From: Candidatus Adlerbacteria bacterium
Lineage (GTDB): Bacteria; Patescibacteriota; Minisyncoccia; Phycocordibacterales; SBAW01
DNA: 56,471 bases
Assembly: GCA_029288895.1 (NCBI GenBank)
Contig: JARIGK010000004.1
Span: 241,866 to 298,336 of the forward strand
Direction: 5' to 3'
Both the position numbers and the translations under genes were made by a program. Positions 8,849 to 17,691 of the stretch are shown here, in pieces. The notes under the pieces were generated by a model, which was not told the origin of the DNA, made no database searches, and saw nothing but the letters and a program-made list of their open reading frames with translations. Positions within the stretch are counted from its first letter, which is position 1. The number at the start of each line of letters is the position of its first letter.

Positions 8849-9394
8849 ATGCGCGCACGAATGTTTATAGCGTCGCTTCTTGTCCTTGTGCCGACGGCTA
8901 CGCACGCGGCAACGTTGTCTGTGGCGCCAAAAGAAGTACACCTGACAGCTGGCGACACCGCATCATTTACTATCGTGCTTGAATCGGCCAACGAAATAAA
9001 TACCGTGGGTACTGCGGTGCACGTGCCTTCGGGGCTTTCGTTTGTGTCGGCAGAAGCAGGGAGTGTTATTGGCCAATGGGTAGAGCCAGCGGCATATAAC
9101 GATGCGGATCATGAGGTTGAATTTTCGGGCATAATGCCCGACGGCTGGCGCGGCAAACAAACACTAATAACGCTGCGTTTTAAAGCGACACAAAATGGTG
9201 CGTATACACTCCAGTTTGACGCGGATAAAACAGAGCTCTACAAAAATGATGGCAACGCAACGCCTGAACCTGTCACCTTTGGTACCATTGCGCGCTCGAT
9301 ACCAAGCCCTGCGCTTATGGAAGCGTTGCTGATCGTATTGGCGTTACTCTTCTTCTGGTTTATTAAGCGCCACCTTCGAGTGCAATTTATATAA
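8849..9394 (+). CDS. cohesin-domain protein with a C-terminal TM anchor
   Basis: Signal peptide, then ATLSVAPKEVHLTAGDTASFTIVLESANEINTVGTAVHVPSGLSFVS..ITLRFKATQNGAYTLQFD (cohesin-like beta-sandwich pattern). C-terminal LMEALLIVLALLFFWFIKRH. Confidence 0.65.
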   Translation: MRARMFIASLLVLVPTATHAATLSVAPKEVHLTAGDTASFTIVLESANEINTVGTAVHVPSGLSFVSAEAGSVIGQWVEPAAYNDADHEVEFSGIMPDGWRGKQTLITLRFKATQNGAYTLQFDADKTELYKNDGNATPEPVTFGTIARSIPSPALMEALLIVLALLFFWFIKRHLRVQFI

Positions 9395-9406
9395 TTGTAA
9401 TTTTTT

Positions 9407-10423
9407 ATGAAACGATTTTTTGGGATAACGTCTCTTCTTATCGCGCTTGCGCTACCGTCGCTTTCGCATGCAGCAACGCTTACCTTTGGCGGCGTCTCGA
9501 GTGCCGCCGTGGGGCAAACGATCAGCGTGCCGCTCTTGTTGTCTACCGCAGGCGCTGAGAGTGCAAACGCAGTGTCGGCGACGGTCGAATATTCGCGCGA
9601 CATGCTCACGCTCGTTTCAATTTCGAAATCAGGCAGCATTATCTCGCTGTGGCCGCAGGAGCCTTCCACAGCTGCGGGGCGCGGAGACATGGAGGGCGTC
9701 ATTTTAAACCCAGGCTGGAGTGGCACGGGCGGTGTTGTGGCAACGCTTGTCTTCCAAGTAAAGGCAGCTGGCAAAGCAACCATTGCGTTTAGTGATGCAG
9801 ATGTCTTGGCAAACGATGGCAGCGGAACATCTATTCTAAAATCCTCATCTCCAAAGACACTTACTATTACTGATGCATCCTCGGAACCTGCGCCAGTACC
9901 TACTCCTACACCAACACCTGTGCAAACAAATACGCTGCCGCCGGTGCATATCAGGTCGTCGTCGCATCCAGACCAAACCGCATGGTATGAGGAACACCAC
10001 GTTGTGTTCGACTGGACCAACGCGCAAGGCATTAGCGCCGTCCGCATTGGCTATGACAAAGAAGAAAATGGCGTGGGCACCGTCGTCTACAGTCCTGCCA
10101 TCTCGCATAAAGAAGTCGACCTCGACGATGGTGTGTGGTACTTCCATGTACAAGAAAAACAAAACGGCGCGTGGGGCGCTATCGCGACATACACGATACA
10201 TATAGGCCAAGCGCCTGCGGTCGCAACAACGACAGAACCTGTGGCAACGACAACGGAGCCTGCTCCTGCCCCAACGCAATCTTTTATCGGAGAGCTCATT
10301 GAATCTCTACAACATCACCGCGTAGCTATACTTACAGGTCTTGCACTTATCCTAGCGTTTATCCTGGGATGGATTTCGGCTCATCTGGAGATACATTGGC
10401 GGAAACGTCGTTCAAAACGATGA
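9407..10423 (+). CDS. cohesin-domain protein with a PT-linker, an SSHPDQ..WYFHV module and a C-terminal TM anchor
   Basis: ATLTFGGVSSAAVGQTISVPLLLSTAGAESANAVSATVEYSRDMLTLVSISK..VATLVFQVKAAGKATIAF (cohesin-like). PAPVPTPTPTPV linker. SSHPDQTAWYEEHHVVFDW..DDGVWYFHVQEK module. C-terminal helix ILTGLALILAFILGWISA followed by RKRRSKR. Confidence 0.65.
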   Translation: MKRFFGITSLLIALALPSLSHAATLTFGGVSSAAVGQTISVPLLLSTAGAESANAVSATVEYSRDMLTLVSISKSGSIISLWPQEPSTAAGRGDMEGVILNPGWSGTGGVVATLVFQVKAAGKATIAFSDADVLANDGSGTSILKSSSPKTLTITDASSEPAPVPTPTPTPVQTNTLPPVHIRSSSHPDQTAWYEEHHVVFDWTNAQGISAVRIGYDKEENGVGTVVYSPAISHKEVDLDDGVWYFHVQEKQNGAWGAIATYTIHIGQAPAVATTTEPVATTTEPAPAPTQSFIGELIESLQHHRVAILTGLALILAFILGWISAHLEIHWRKRRSKR

Positions 10424-10890
10424 AATATTCTCGGTACATTATCGCTTTGTGCACCCTCGCGCTCGTCGCGTACGCACTTATTCATTACTATATGGGGCAG
10501 CACAAACAAGGCCCGAATGTAAACACGAACTTGCCTATGGAAACTATCTCAATTGGAACCAACACACTGCATGTCGAAGTAGCGTCGACGGATGCAGAGC
10601 GCGAACAGGGGCTGTCGGGTCGCACATCGTTGGCCAAAGGAAGCGGTATGTTGTTTGTGTTTGAACCTTCGCGCGTCGTCGGCTTTTGGATGAAGGATAT
10701 GAACTTTGACCTCGATATGATCTTCGCGAGCGACGACGGAACGATAGTAAAAATCGATAGAGATGTACTTGCATCAAGCTACCCCGAAGTATTTCCGTCA
10801 GACATGGCCGTGCGCTATGTGCTCGAAGTCCCTCGTGGCTATGCAGCACAGGCAGGCCTTGCCGTAGGGCAGAAAATTGTGGTACAATAA
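10420..10890 (+). CDS. DUF192 family protein
   Basis: Start moved to ATG 10420 (MKYSRYIIALCTLALV). This forms an ATGA overlap with the stop of the cohesin gene (10421..10423). Motifs: REQGLSGR, GMLFVF, FWMKDMNFDLDMIF, YVLEV. Confidence 0.75.
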   Translation: MKYSRYIIALCTLALVAYALIHYYMGQHKQGPNVNTNLPMETISIGTNTLHVEVASTDAEREQGLSGRTSLAKGSGMLFVFEPSRVVGFWMKDMNFDLDMIFASDDGTIVKIDRDVLASSYPEVFPSDMAVRYVLEVPRGYAAQAGLAVGQKIVVQ

Positions 10891-10892
10891 TT

Positions 10893-11186
10893 GGAGCGCG
10901 TTGAGTAACAGCTCTTCGTTTTTTAACGAGGGGAGGAAAGTCCGAACATTCTCCTACATGTTTGTAGGATAAAAGGGTAGTGGGTAACGCCCATCATATG
11001 CTGTTTGCGGGCATAAGAGGTGCGAACAGAAACGACCCGGTTAAGTCCGGCTGAAACGGCAAAATCCTTACCTGTATGCAAGGCCGTGCTCTGTGCAAAC
11101 AGAGAGTGCCGCTCGAGCTCGCACGTAAGTGCGGGCCCAGATAAATTGTTATTCACGACAGAATTCGGCTTACAGACGCGCGCGCA
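10893..11186 (+). ncRNA. rnpB: RNase P RNA (bacterial type A-like, compact, ~290 nt)
   Basis: Universal P4 strands GGAGGAAAGTCCGAAC (10932..) and ACAGAATTCGGCTTAC (11158..11173). P1 pairing of GCGCGT (10896..10901) with ACGCGC (11176..11181). GGTAACGCC and AAGTCCGG elements lie in between. Confidence 0.85.
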
Positions 11187-11195
11187 AAACTGTGG

Positions 11196-11219
11196 ACGCC
11201 CCGCTTACAAGCGGGGCGT
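11196..11219 (+). terminator. 9-bp GC-rich hairpin after rnpB (no T-tract)
   Basis: acgccccgc-ttacaa-gcggggcgt. Confidence 0.45.
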
Positions 11220-11227
11220 TCGCTCGT

Positions 11228-11233
11228 TATACT
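11228..11233 (+). promoter_or_regulatory. -10 box TATACT, 9 nt before ATG 11243
   Basis: TATACTgatgagtatATG. Confidence 0.4.
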
Positions 11234-11242
11234 GATGAGTAT

Positions 11243-13555
11243 ATGCATCGACTACCTCTCATCACATGGGCGCGCTATATATTTGTAGCTGGATTATTTA
11301 TTGCATTAGTGGGCTTGATTCCGTCTGCGTGGTTTCCATTGCAGTTGGGCAAGCTCGCGTTATTTGCCGTCTTGGCATTTGTGGCGGGCGCATTCTTTTT
11401 TGTAGGTGGCGGGGGCGGGGGTATCGCTGGTAAACGAGGTACGTTTCTTTCCTTTGCCGTGCTCGCGCTGCCGTTTGGGTACCTCCTTTCGTACGTATTC
11501 TCGACAGATAAGAGTGTGGCGCTCTTGGGCTACTCTCTCGAGGCCGACACGGTCGCGTTTGTGACCCTAGGGTGTCTTGCGTTCCTCCTTGGTTCTTTTC
11601 TCTTCCGCCGCAGCCCATCGGTGCGCCTCCTCCTTTCATCTATCCTTGGCGCTGCTGGCATAGCGCTTGTCTTCCAAATCATTAGCATTCTGTTTGGGAC
11701 GCATGTTCTCTCGCAACTCTTTGCCGACCCATCAACAAACCTTGTTGGTAAATGGAATGATCTTGGCCTTCTTGCCGGCTTAGCGCTTATGCTGCTCACC
11801 ATTCCGTTGGCCTCAGGCACGCTCACGCCTGTGCGCCGCATTGCTGCAGCACTGGCATCGATTGTGCTTGTTGTATTTTTAGCGCTTGTACAGTTTGCAC
11901 TCGTGTGGGGCCTGTTGCTCGCATTCTTCTGTGTGCTTGCGCTTATGATGTATCTTTCGACAGAAGGTGAGTCGCGCCCAATCCCGTGGCTCCCAATCGC
12001 AGGCGCTGTCATCAGCGTGCTCTTGTTGGTGTGGGGTGCTGTTGTGCAAGGCGGGCTTACAAAAGTATTTCCTGTGTCGTCTTTGGAAGTGCGCCCGGCA
12101 ATTTCCACCACGCTTGATATCACTCGCGCATCACACGGCAGCTCAATTGAGCGCTTCCTCGTGGGTTCTGGGCCCAATACATTTGGCAGTCAGTGGTCGC
12201 TCTACCGTCCACAAGAAGTAAACCTATCGCAATTCTGGAACCTGGACTTTAACGTTGGCTACAGCACGCTCGCCACTGCGCTCGCAACCGTTGGCCTCCT
12301 TGGCGCATTGCTCTGGCTTCTGCCGCTTGTCCTCGTTCTTCTTGGTCTTGTCCGTGCCATTCGTACTCCATCGCCTGTAGCAGAAGATATGATCCTTGCA
12401 CTTTCTACAGGCTTTGGCGCTGCGTATTTGTGGATCTCGACCTTCTTCTATGTTCCGAGCCAAAATATGCTTTTGCTCGCATTTGTTTTGTCGGGTGCCG
12501 CGTTTGCATTCTCTATGCGCGGAGAAGCGTCTGCGCCGGATGTTCAGCAGACATCACATCGCATGCCGCGGCTTCTCTATATCGCGCTGTGGTGCCTGGT
12601 TGTCGTGCTGCTTGGCGTCATTGCATGGGCAGGCGGCCGCCGCTTCATGGCCGAGATGTATACCAACAAGGGCTTGGCAGCGCTTGGAGCGGGTGATGTG
12701 CCAGGAGCGCTGACGTCGGCGAACATGGCACTGTCGACGGAGCGCACAGGCGACGCATTGCAGTTTGCATCGGTCGCAGGACTTGCACAGATGCAGACAC
12801 TCATTAACGCAACATCGACCCCGTCTACACAAACGCAACAAGTATTTGCACAAACGGCACAAACGACTATTTCAATCGGGCAAGAGGCAGTCTTGAAGAA
12901 CCCGTCTGATTACCGTGCATACACACTGCTTGCTAATGTCTACAGCTTGCTTGCATCTGTTGGCGTCGATGGCGCATACGATACGGCAAAGAAGTTCTAC
13001 GCAAACGCTTCGGCACACAACCCGAGCAACCCGGCACTACCGCTGGCGCTCGCACGGCTCGAAGCAGCTCATGGCAATGAAGCTGCAACCACGGCAGCGC
13101 TCCAACAATCGCTCCAGTTAAAGAACGATTACACAGACGCGATCCTCTTTGTGGTGCAGCTTGATGTTGCGAAAAAAGATATCCCGAATGCAATTATTGC
13201 GGCAAAAGCTGCGGTGCAAAGTGCGCCCGGTGTGCCGTCAATTTGGTTTGAGTTGGGCCTTCTGTTTTACTCAAACAACGACATGAAGGATGCTGCACTT
13301 GCACTCGAACAAGCGGTGGCACTCGAGCCAAACTACGCAAATGCAAAATACTTCCTGGGCCTCTCGTACGCGAACGTAAACCGCACCGCAGATGCAATCA
13401 AGCAGTTTAAAGACTTGGCTGCGACGAACCCCGACAATCAAGAAGTACAACTTATCCTTTCGAACTTGGAGGCCGGCAAAAAACCGTTTGATGGGGCTAC
13501 TCCGCCCGTCACTAAAAACCCAGAGGATAGGCAGTCAGCGCCTATTGGCCAATAA
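11243..13555 (+). CDS. polytopic O-antigen-ligase-like membrane protein with a C-terminal TPR domain
   Basis: Start moved to ATG 11243, because the listed 11129 start overlaps rnpB. About 12 predicted TM helices. The C-terminal ~300 aa contains TPR-like repeats (ALELEPNYANAKYFLGLSYANVNRTADAIKQFKDL). Confidence 0.65.
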   Translation: MHRLPLITWARYIFVAGLFIALVGLIPSAWFPLQLGKLALFAVLAFVAGAFFFVGGGGGGIAGKRGTFLSFAVLALPFGYLLSYVFSTDKSVALLGYSLEADTVAFVTLGCLAFLLGSFLFRRSPSVRLLLSSILGAAGIALVFQIISILFGTHVLSQLFADPSTNLVGKWNDLGLLAGLALMLLTIPLASGTLTPVRRIAAALASIVLVVFLALVQFALVWGLLLAFFCVLALMMYLSTEGESRPIPWLPIAGAVISVLLLVWGAVVQGGLTKVFPVSSLEVRPAISTTLDITRASHGSSIERFLVGSGPNTFGSQWSLYRPQEVNLSQFWNLDFNVGYSTLATALATVGLLGALLWLLPLVLVLLGLVRAIRTPSPVAEDMILALSTGFGAAYLWISTFFYVPSQNMLLLAFVLSGAAFAFSMRGEASAPDVQQTSHRMPRLLYIALWCLVVVLLGVIAWAGGRRFMAEMYTNKGLAALGAGDVPGALTSANMALSTERTGDALQFASVAGLAQMQTLINATSTPSTQTQQVFAQTAQTTISIGQEAVLKNPSDYRAYTLLANVYSLLASVGVDGAYDTAKKFYANASAHNPSNPALPLALARLEAAHGNEAATTAALQQSLQLKNDYTDAILFVVQLDVAKKDIPNAIIAAKAAVQSAPGVPSIWFELGLLFYSNNDMKDAALALEQAVALEPNYANAKYFLGLSYANVNRTADAIKQFKDLAATNPDNQEVQLILSNLEAGKKPFDGATPPVTKNPEDRQSAPIGQ

Positions 13556-13570
13556 TAGTAAGATAGGGTA

Positions 13571-15241
13571 ATGGCGCGATTCTGGTCGGTATTTGGCAAA
13601 GAAGTGAGGGGTATGCACCAAGCTGCATACCTCCTTGCATTCTTCGCGTTGTGTTCGCAGCTCTTGGCGCTTGTACGCGACAGGTTGCTTGCGGCAAGCT
13701 TTGGCGCATCGCATACGCTCGACCTCTATTATGCTGCGTTCCGCATTCCAGATTTTCTTTTTGCGACGGTAGCCTCGCTCTTGTCACTCTATGCTTTATT
13801 GCCGGTCCTCACCCGGCTGGAACGCGAACACAAAGGCCTGGTTGTATCGTTCCTTGAGCAATCGCTCGTCGTGTTCTTTACAACGATGGGTGCAATCTCG
13901 TTTGTTGCGTTTATATTCGCACCGGAACTTGTGCCGCTTGTCACACCAGGTATCCATGATCCGCAGTTGATACTCTTGGCGCGCATCTTATTGCTCCAAC
14001 CGATCCTCCTTGGAGCGTCTAATATCGTGGGTGCGCTCACGCAATTGCGCCACCGTTTCTTTTTGTACTCAATCTCGCCGCTGCTCTACAACCTTGGCAT
14101 CATCATTGGTGTACTCGCACTCTACCCACGTATGGGCGTGGCAGGCCTTGGTTGGGGCGTGGTGCTTGGCGCATTCTTGCACTTCGCAATTCAAGTTCCA
14201 TTCTTTGGTATTGAACATTCAAACAAACGCTTGCCAAGCAAAACATTTTTCAAAGAGCTTGCCGCAGTGCTGGGGCTGTCTGTGCCGCGCACGCTAGGGC
14301 TCGCCGCAACGCAGATCTCACTCTTGGCGCTCGTTGCAATTGCGTCGTTTTTGGTGCCCGGCTCTATCTCTGTGTTTATGTTTGCGTACAACTTGCAGGC
14401 GGTGCCGCTTACTATCATCGGCGTGTCATATTCTGTCGCGGCATTCCCAACTTTGGCGCGCCTCCATGCCGCGGGGGACCATGGCGAGTTTGTACGCTAT
14501 ATCGAAACAGCGCTGCGCCACATTTTCTTCTGGTGCATCCCGGCAACTATTTTTGTGATTGTGCTGCGTGCGCAGCTTGTGCGCGTCATTTTAGGGGCAG
14601 GCGCTTTCGATTGGGGTGCAACACGCCTCACGGCCGCAGCCTTGGCGCTCTTTATTCTGTCGCTTGCGGCGCAGTCCATAACCTTGCTTATTGCGCGCGC
14701 ATACTATGCCGCGGGCAATACAAAAAAGCCCCTGTACTTCGGCCTCGCCGATATCTCTGTTTCAATCGTGAGCGCGATATTCTTTTTAGCGCTCTTCCAT
14801 GCAAACCCGTTTGTGCGCGCATTTCTTGAATCATTGCTACGCGTGGGCGACGTGCCAGGCACTATTGTATTGATGCTGGCACTCGCATACTGCTGTGGCG
14901 CGGTCGCAGAGTTTGTTATTGGGCTTGTCTTTTTCCTCCACGATTTCCGTATCCCGCGTTTGGCCATTTTTGAACTTATCTTCCAGAGTTTTTCTGCATC
15001 AGTTATCGGCGCCGGTGTGTCGTATTTGTTTTTAAACTACACAGGTATTGCGGGTACGATAAATAAAACAAGCATTTTGATAGGGCAGGGCGCGACTGCA
15101 GGTGTGCTTGGGCTCCTTGTTACGGCGGGGATCTTGGCACTCCTTAAAAATAGAGAGTTAGCTGAGGCAGTATCGGCATTTAAACGCCGCTTCCGCGACA
15201 CGCCTAAGGTCGCGCTCGAGACCACCGATATCTCGTCTTAA
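13571..15241 (+). CDS. murJ: lipid II flippase MurJ
   Basis: SQLLALVRDRLLAASFGASHTLDLYYAAFRIPDFLF is an MviN/MurJ N-terminal signature. About 14 TM helices. An alternative start lies at 13613. Confidence 0.85.
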   Translation: MARFWSVFGKEVRGMHQAAYLLAFFALCSQLLALVRDRLLAASFGASHTLDLYYAAFRIPDFLFATVASLLSLYALLPVLTRLEREHKGLVVSFLEQSLVVFFTTMGAISFVAFIFAPELVPLVTPGIHDPQLILLARILLLQPILLGASNIVGALTQLRHRFFLYSISPLLYNLGIIIGVLALYPRMGVAGLGWGVVLGAFLHFAIQVPFFGIEHSNKRLPSKTFFKELAAVLGLSVPRTLGLAATQISLLALVAIASFLVPGSISVFMFAYNLQAVPLTIIGVSYSVAAFPTLARLHAAGDHGEFVRYIETALRHIFFWCIPATIFVIVLRAQLVRVILGAGAFDWGATRLTAAALALFILSLAAQSITLLIARAYYAAGNTKKPLYFGLADISVSIVSAIFFLALFHANPFVRAFLESLLRVGDVPGTIVLMLALAYCCGAVAEFVIGLVFFLHDFRIPRLAIFELIFQSFSASVIGAGVSYLFLNYTGIAGTINKTSILIGQGATAGVLGLLVTAGILALLKNRELAEAVSAFKRRFRDTPKVALETTDISS

Positions 15242-15252
15242 AGGCATGAAAA

Positions 15253-15261
15253 TGCTAGACT
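15253..15261 (+). promoter_or_regulatory. extended -10 TGcTAGACT, 7 nt before GTG 15269
   Basis: TGcTAGACTcgtggttGTG. Confidence 0.45.
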
Positions 15262-15268
15262 CGTGGTT

Positions 15269-17056
15269 GTGAATCATATCCGCAACTTCAGCATCATAGC
15301 CCATATCGACCACGGCAAATCCACGTTGGCGGATCGCTTTTTGGAGGTCACCAACACGATAGAAAAGCGCAAAATGCGCGACCAGGTTTTGGACTCGATG
15401 GATCTGGAACGCGAGCGCGGCATCACCATCAAAATGCAGCCGGTGCGTATGCGCTACAGCAAAGGTGGCCAGGAATACTTGCTGCACTTGATAGACACCC
15501 CAGGCCACATCGACTTTTCGTACGAAGTGTCACGCGCACTCACAGCCGTTGAGGGTGCGATTTTGCTTGTCGACGCAACACAAGGTGTCCAGGCCCAGAC
15601 GCTCACAACGCTCCGCACTGCGCAAGAATTGGGGCTCGTCATTATCCCGGCCATCTCTAAAGTTGATTCGCCTTTGGCCAATGTCGAAGACGTCCGTGCC
15701 CAGGTTGCGGCTTTGCTTGATGTTACGCCAGAATCAGTCCTTACATGTTCTGGCCGCACCGGGCAGGGAGTCCCGGAACTTTTGGACGCTATCATCGAAC
15801 GCGTTCCTCCGCCCAGAGAATCAACAGAAAAAGCAACGCGTGGCTTGGTGTTCGACTTTCAATATTCCGACCATCAGGGTGTGATTGTGTATTTGCGTGT
15901 CTTTGATGGGCAAATCAAAAAGGGCGACGCGCTCGAGTTTGCTGCAACGGGCCGAAAATTTAACGCACTCGAAGTTGGTAGTTTCTCACCAAAGCCAACG
16001 CCGCTGGTAGAGGGCTTGAGCGAAGGCACCATTGGCTACATCGTCACCGGCATCAAAGAGCCAGGCTTAGCGCGCGTCGGCGACACCGTGCGTGCTCAAA
16101 ACTCCAAAGCAGCACCGCTGTCGGGCTATGCCGAGCCAAAGGCCGTCGTATGGGCATCTGTATACCCAGAAAGCCAAGATGACTTTACGGCACTGCGCCA
16201 GGCGCTTGGCCGCCTGCGTCTCTCTGATTCGTCACTTTCGTTTGAAGAAGAATCGTCGGGTATGCTTGGCCGCGGCTTCCGTTGCGGCTTGCTTGGCATG
16301 CTCCACTTGGAAATCGTCACTGAGCGCTTGCGCCGCGAAGCGAACTTGTCGCTTGTCGTGACAACGCCCACCATTACCTACGAAGTAGAGACCCGCGACG
16401 GCAAACGCCATACGGTTTACTCGCCATCACAATTCCCAGAGTATGGCGATATTGCACAGGTGTGGGAGCCGTTTGTGTCGGCAGAAATTATTTTGCCAGC
16501 CGAATATATGGGCCAACTTGTCACATTGTTATTCGAACATGAGGCAGTGGCCGAAAGCACCGAAAACTTTTCAGAATCGCGCGTACGCGTTGTGGTGGTG
16601 ATGCCGCTGCGCGAATTGATGCGCAACTTTTTTGATAAACTAAAAAGCATCTCGTCGGGCTACGCGTCCATCTCGTACGAAATGCGAGAATTGCGCTTGG
16701 CTGATGTGGCGCGCCTCGACATGTACGTCGCAGAAGAAATTGTGCCGGCGTTTTCGCGCATCATTGCAAAACACAGAGCCGACGAAGAAGCGATAGCAGC
16801 AGTCGAAAAACTCTACAATATCTTGCCGCGCCAAAACTTTGCTACCAAAATCCAGGCCATGGCGCTTGGGCGTATTGTCTCGTCGCGTACGTTGTCTGCG
16901 ATGAGCAAGGACGTGACCCAGCACATGTACGGCGGCGACATCACCCGCAAAATGAAGCTCCGCGAAAAGCAAAAGAAAGGTAAAAAACGCGCTATGGAGC
17001 GCGGCCGAGTAAACATCCCCGAGGACGTCTTCCTCAAGATGATCAAAAGCGAATAG
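15269..17056 (+). CDS. lepA: elongation factor 4 (LepA)
   Basis: (M)NHIRNFSIIAHIDHGKSTLADR, DTPGHIDF. The GTG at 15269 gives the canonical LepA N-terminus. The listed start 15263 is 2 codons upstream. Confidence 0.95.
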   Translation: MNHIRNFSIIAHIDHGKSTLADRFLEVTNTIEKRKMRDQVLDSMDLERERGITIKMQPVRMRYSKGGQEYLLHLIDTPGHIDFSYEVSRALTAVEGAILLVDATQGVQAQTLTTLRTAQELGLVIIPAISKVDSPLANVEDVRAQVAALLDVTPESVLTCSGRTGQGVPELLDAIIERVPPPRESTEKATRGLVFDFQYSDHQGVIVYLRVFDGQIKKGDALEFAATGRKFNALEVGSFSPKPTPLVEGLSEGTIGYIVTGIKEPGLARVGDTVRAQNSKAAPLSGYAEPKAVVWASVYPESQDDFTALRQALGRLRLSDSSLSFEEESSGMLGRGFRCGLLGMLHLEIVTERLRREANLSLVVTTPTITYEVETRDGKRHTVYSPSQFPEYGDIAQVWEPFVSAEIILPAEYMGQLVTLLFEHEAVAESTENFSESRVRVVVVMPLRELMRNFFDKLKSISSGYASISYEMRELRLADVARLDMYVAEEIVPAFSRIIAKHRADEEAIAAVEKLYNILPRQNFATKIQAMALGRIVSSRTLSAMSKDVTQHMYGGDITRKMKLREKQKKGKKRAMERGRVNIPEDVFLKMIKSE

Positions 17057-17181
17057 GATCGCTTATACGAGCAGGGAGAAGTACGACAGGACCATGCTGA
17101 CGATAACGAGCACGGCCAAGACGGTCGTGAAGATCTGCAGGTTGCGCTGGCGTTTTTTGCGGTCGTTTCCAAACATATAGC

Positions 17182-17190
17182 TGCTACAAT
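17182..17190 (+). promoter_or_regulatory. extended -10 TGcTACAAT, 7 nt before ATG 17198
   Basis: TGcTACAATagcatatATG. Confidence 0.55.
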
Positions 17191-17197
17191 AGCATAT

Positions 17198-17590
17198 ATG
17201 CGCGAGTTCAAAAAGCGCCGAAGCAGCCGTGCCGGGTTGACCCATTTCTTCCTCCGTTTAGGGGGCGCTTTGTTGTTGCTATGTATTACCTTGGGCGCTG
17301 TAAAAGCCGCGTGGGATATGTACGGCCGCCTTGCCATGGCTGCCCAGGGCCAGCAAGAAGCTGCGGCAGAATTGGCCGATATGGAAAAAGAGCATGCGCG
17401 CGTCTCGACATCGGTACAGGAGCTTTCGTCCTCGCGAGGGCAGGAGGAGTTGGTACGCGAGCGCTATGGCTTGGTAAAACCAGGCGAAGGGGTGGTGCAG
17501 ATCGTCCACAACGCACCAACATCCACACCTTCTAATAATGGTGGGGGTGGTTTCTTCGGGCGGCTATTTCACACCCTCTTTTCGTGGTAG
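17198..17590 (+). CDS. septum formation initiator (FtsB/DivIC-like)
   Basis: N-terminal TM helix, a coiled coil and the family motif RERYGLVKPGE. Confidence 0.75.
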   Translation: MREFKKRRSSRAGLTHFFLRLGGALLLLCITLGAVKAAWDMYGRLAMAAQGQQEAAAELADMEKEHARVSTSVQELSSSRGQEELVRERYGLVKPGEGVVQIVHNAPTSTPSNNGGGGFFGRLFHTLFSW

Positions 17591-17609
17591 AGTTTGTTCG
17601 TCTAATTTC

Positions 17610-17680
17610 GCGGAATTAGTTTAGTGGCAGAACATGTGCTTCCCAAGCATAGGGCGGGAGTTCGATTCTCCCATTCCGCA
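17610..17680 (+). tRNA. tRNA-Gly(CCC), no encoded CCA
   Basis: Cloverleaf folded by hand. Acceptor GCGGAAT/ATTCCGC, anticodon loop TTCCCAA, T-arm GGGAG-TTCGATT-CTCCC. Confidence 0.9.
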
Positions 17681-17691
17681 CAGAGAAAACG

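Noticed and set aside
7314-10047. Long minus-strand ORFs (7314..8045 and 9238..10047) opposite the surface-locus genes. Similar ORFs lie at 1623..2234, 3600..3989, 11530..12177 and 52677..53246.
   Set aside because: All lie antisense to plus-strand genes that have signal peptides or domain motifs. None has promoter or RBS features.
11129-11242. The listed N-terminal extension of the 808-aa ORF.
   Set aside because: It overlaps the 3' third of the RNase P RNA and its hairpin. A downstream ATG at 11243 starts directly with a TM-rich sequence and has a -10 box.
17063-17245. A 60-aa minus-strand ORF (or its 37-aa internal version MFGNDRKKRQRNLQIFTTVLAVLVIVSMVLSYFSLLV) between lepA and the ftsB-like gene.
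   Set aside because: The long form overlaps the ftsB-like start and promoter. The short form has a plausible TM helix but no SD or -10 box at the right distance. It remains possible, but I could not support it well enough to list it.
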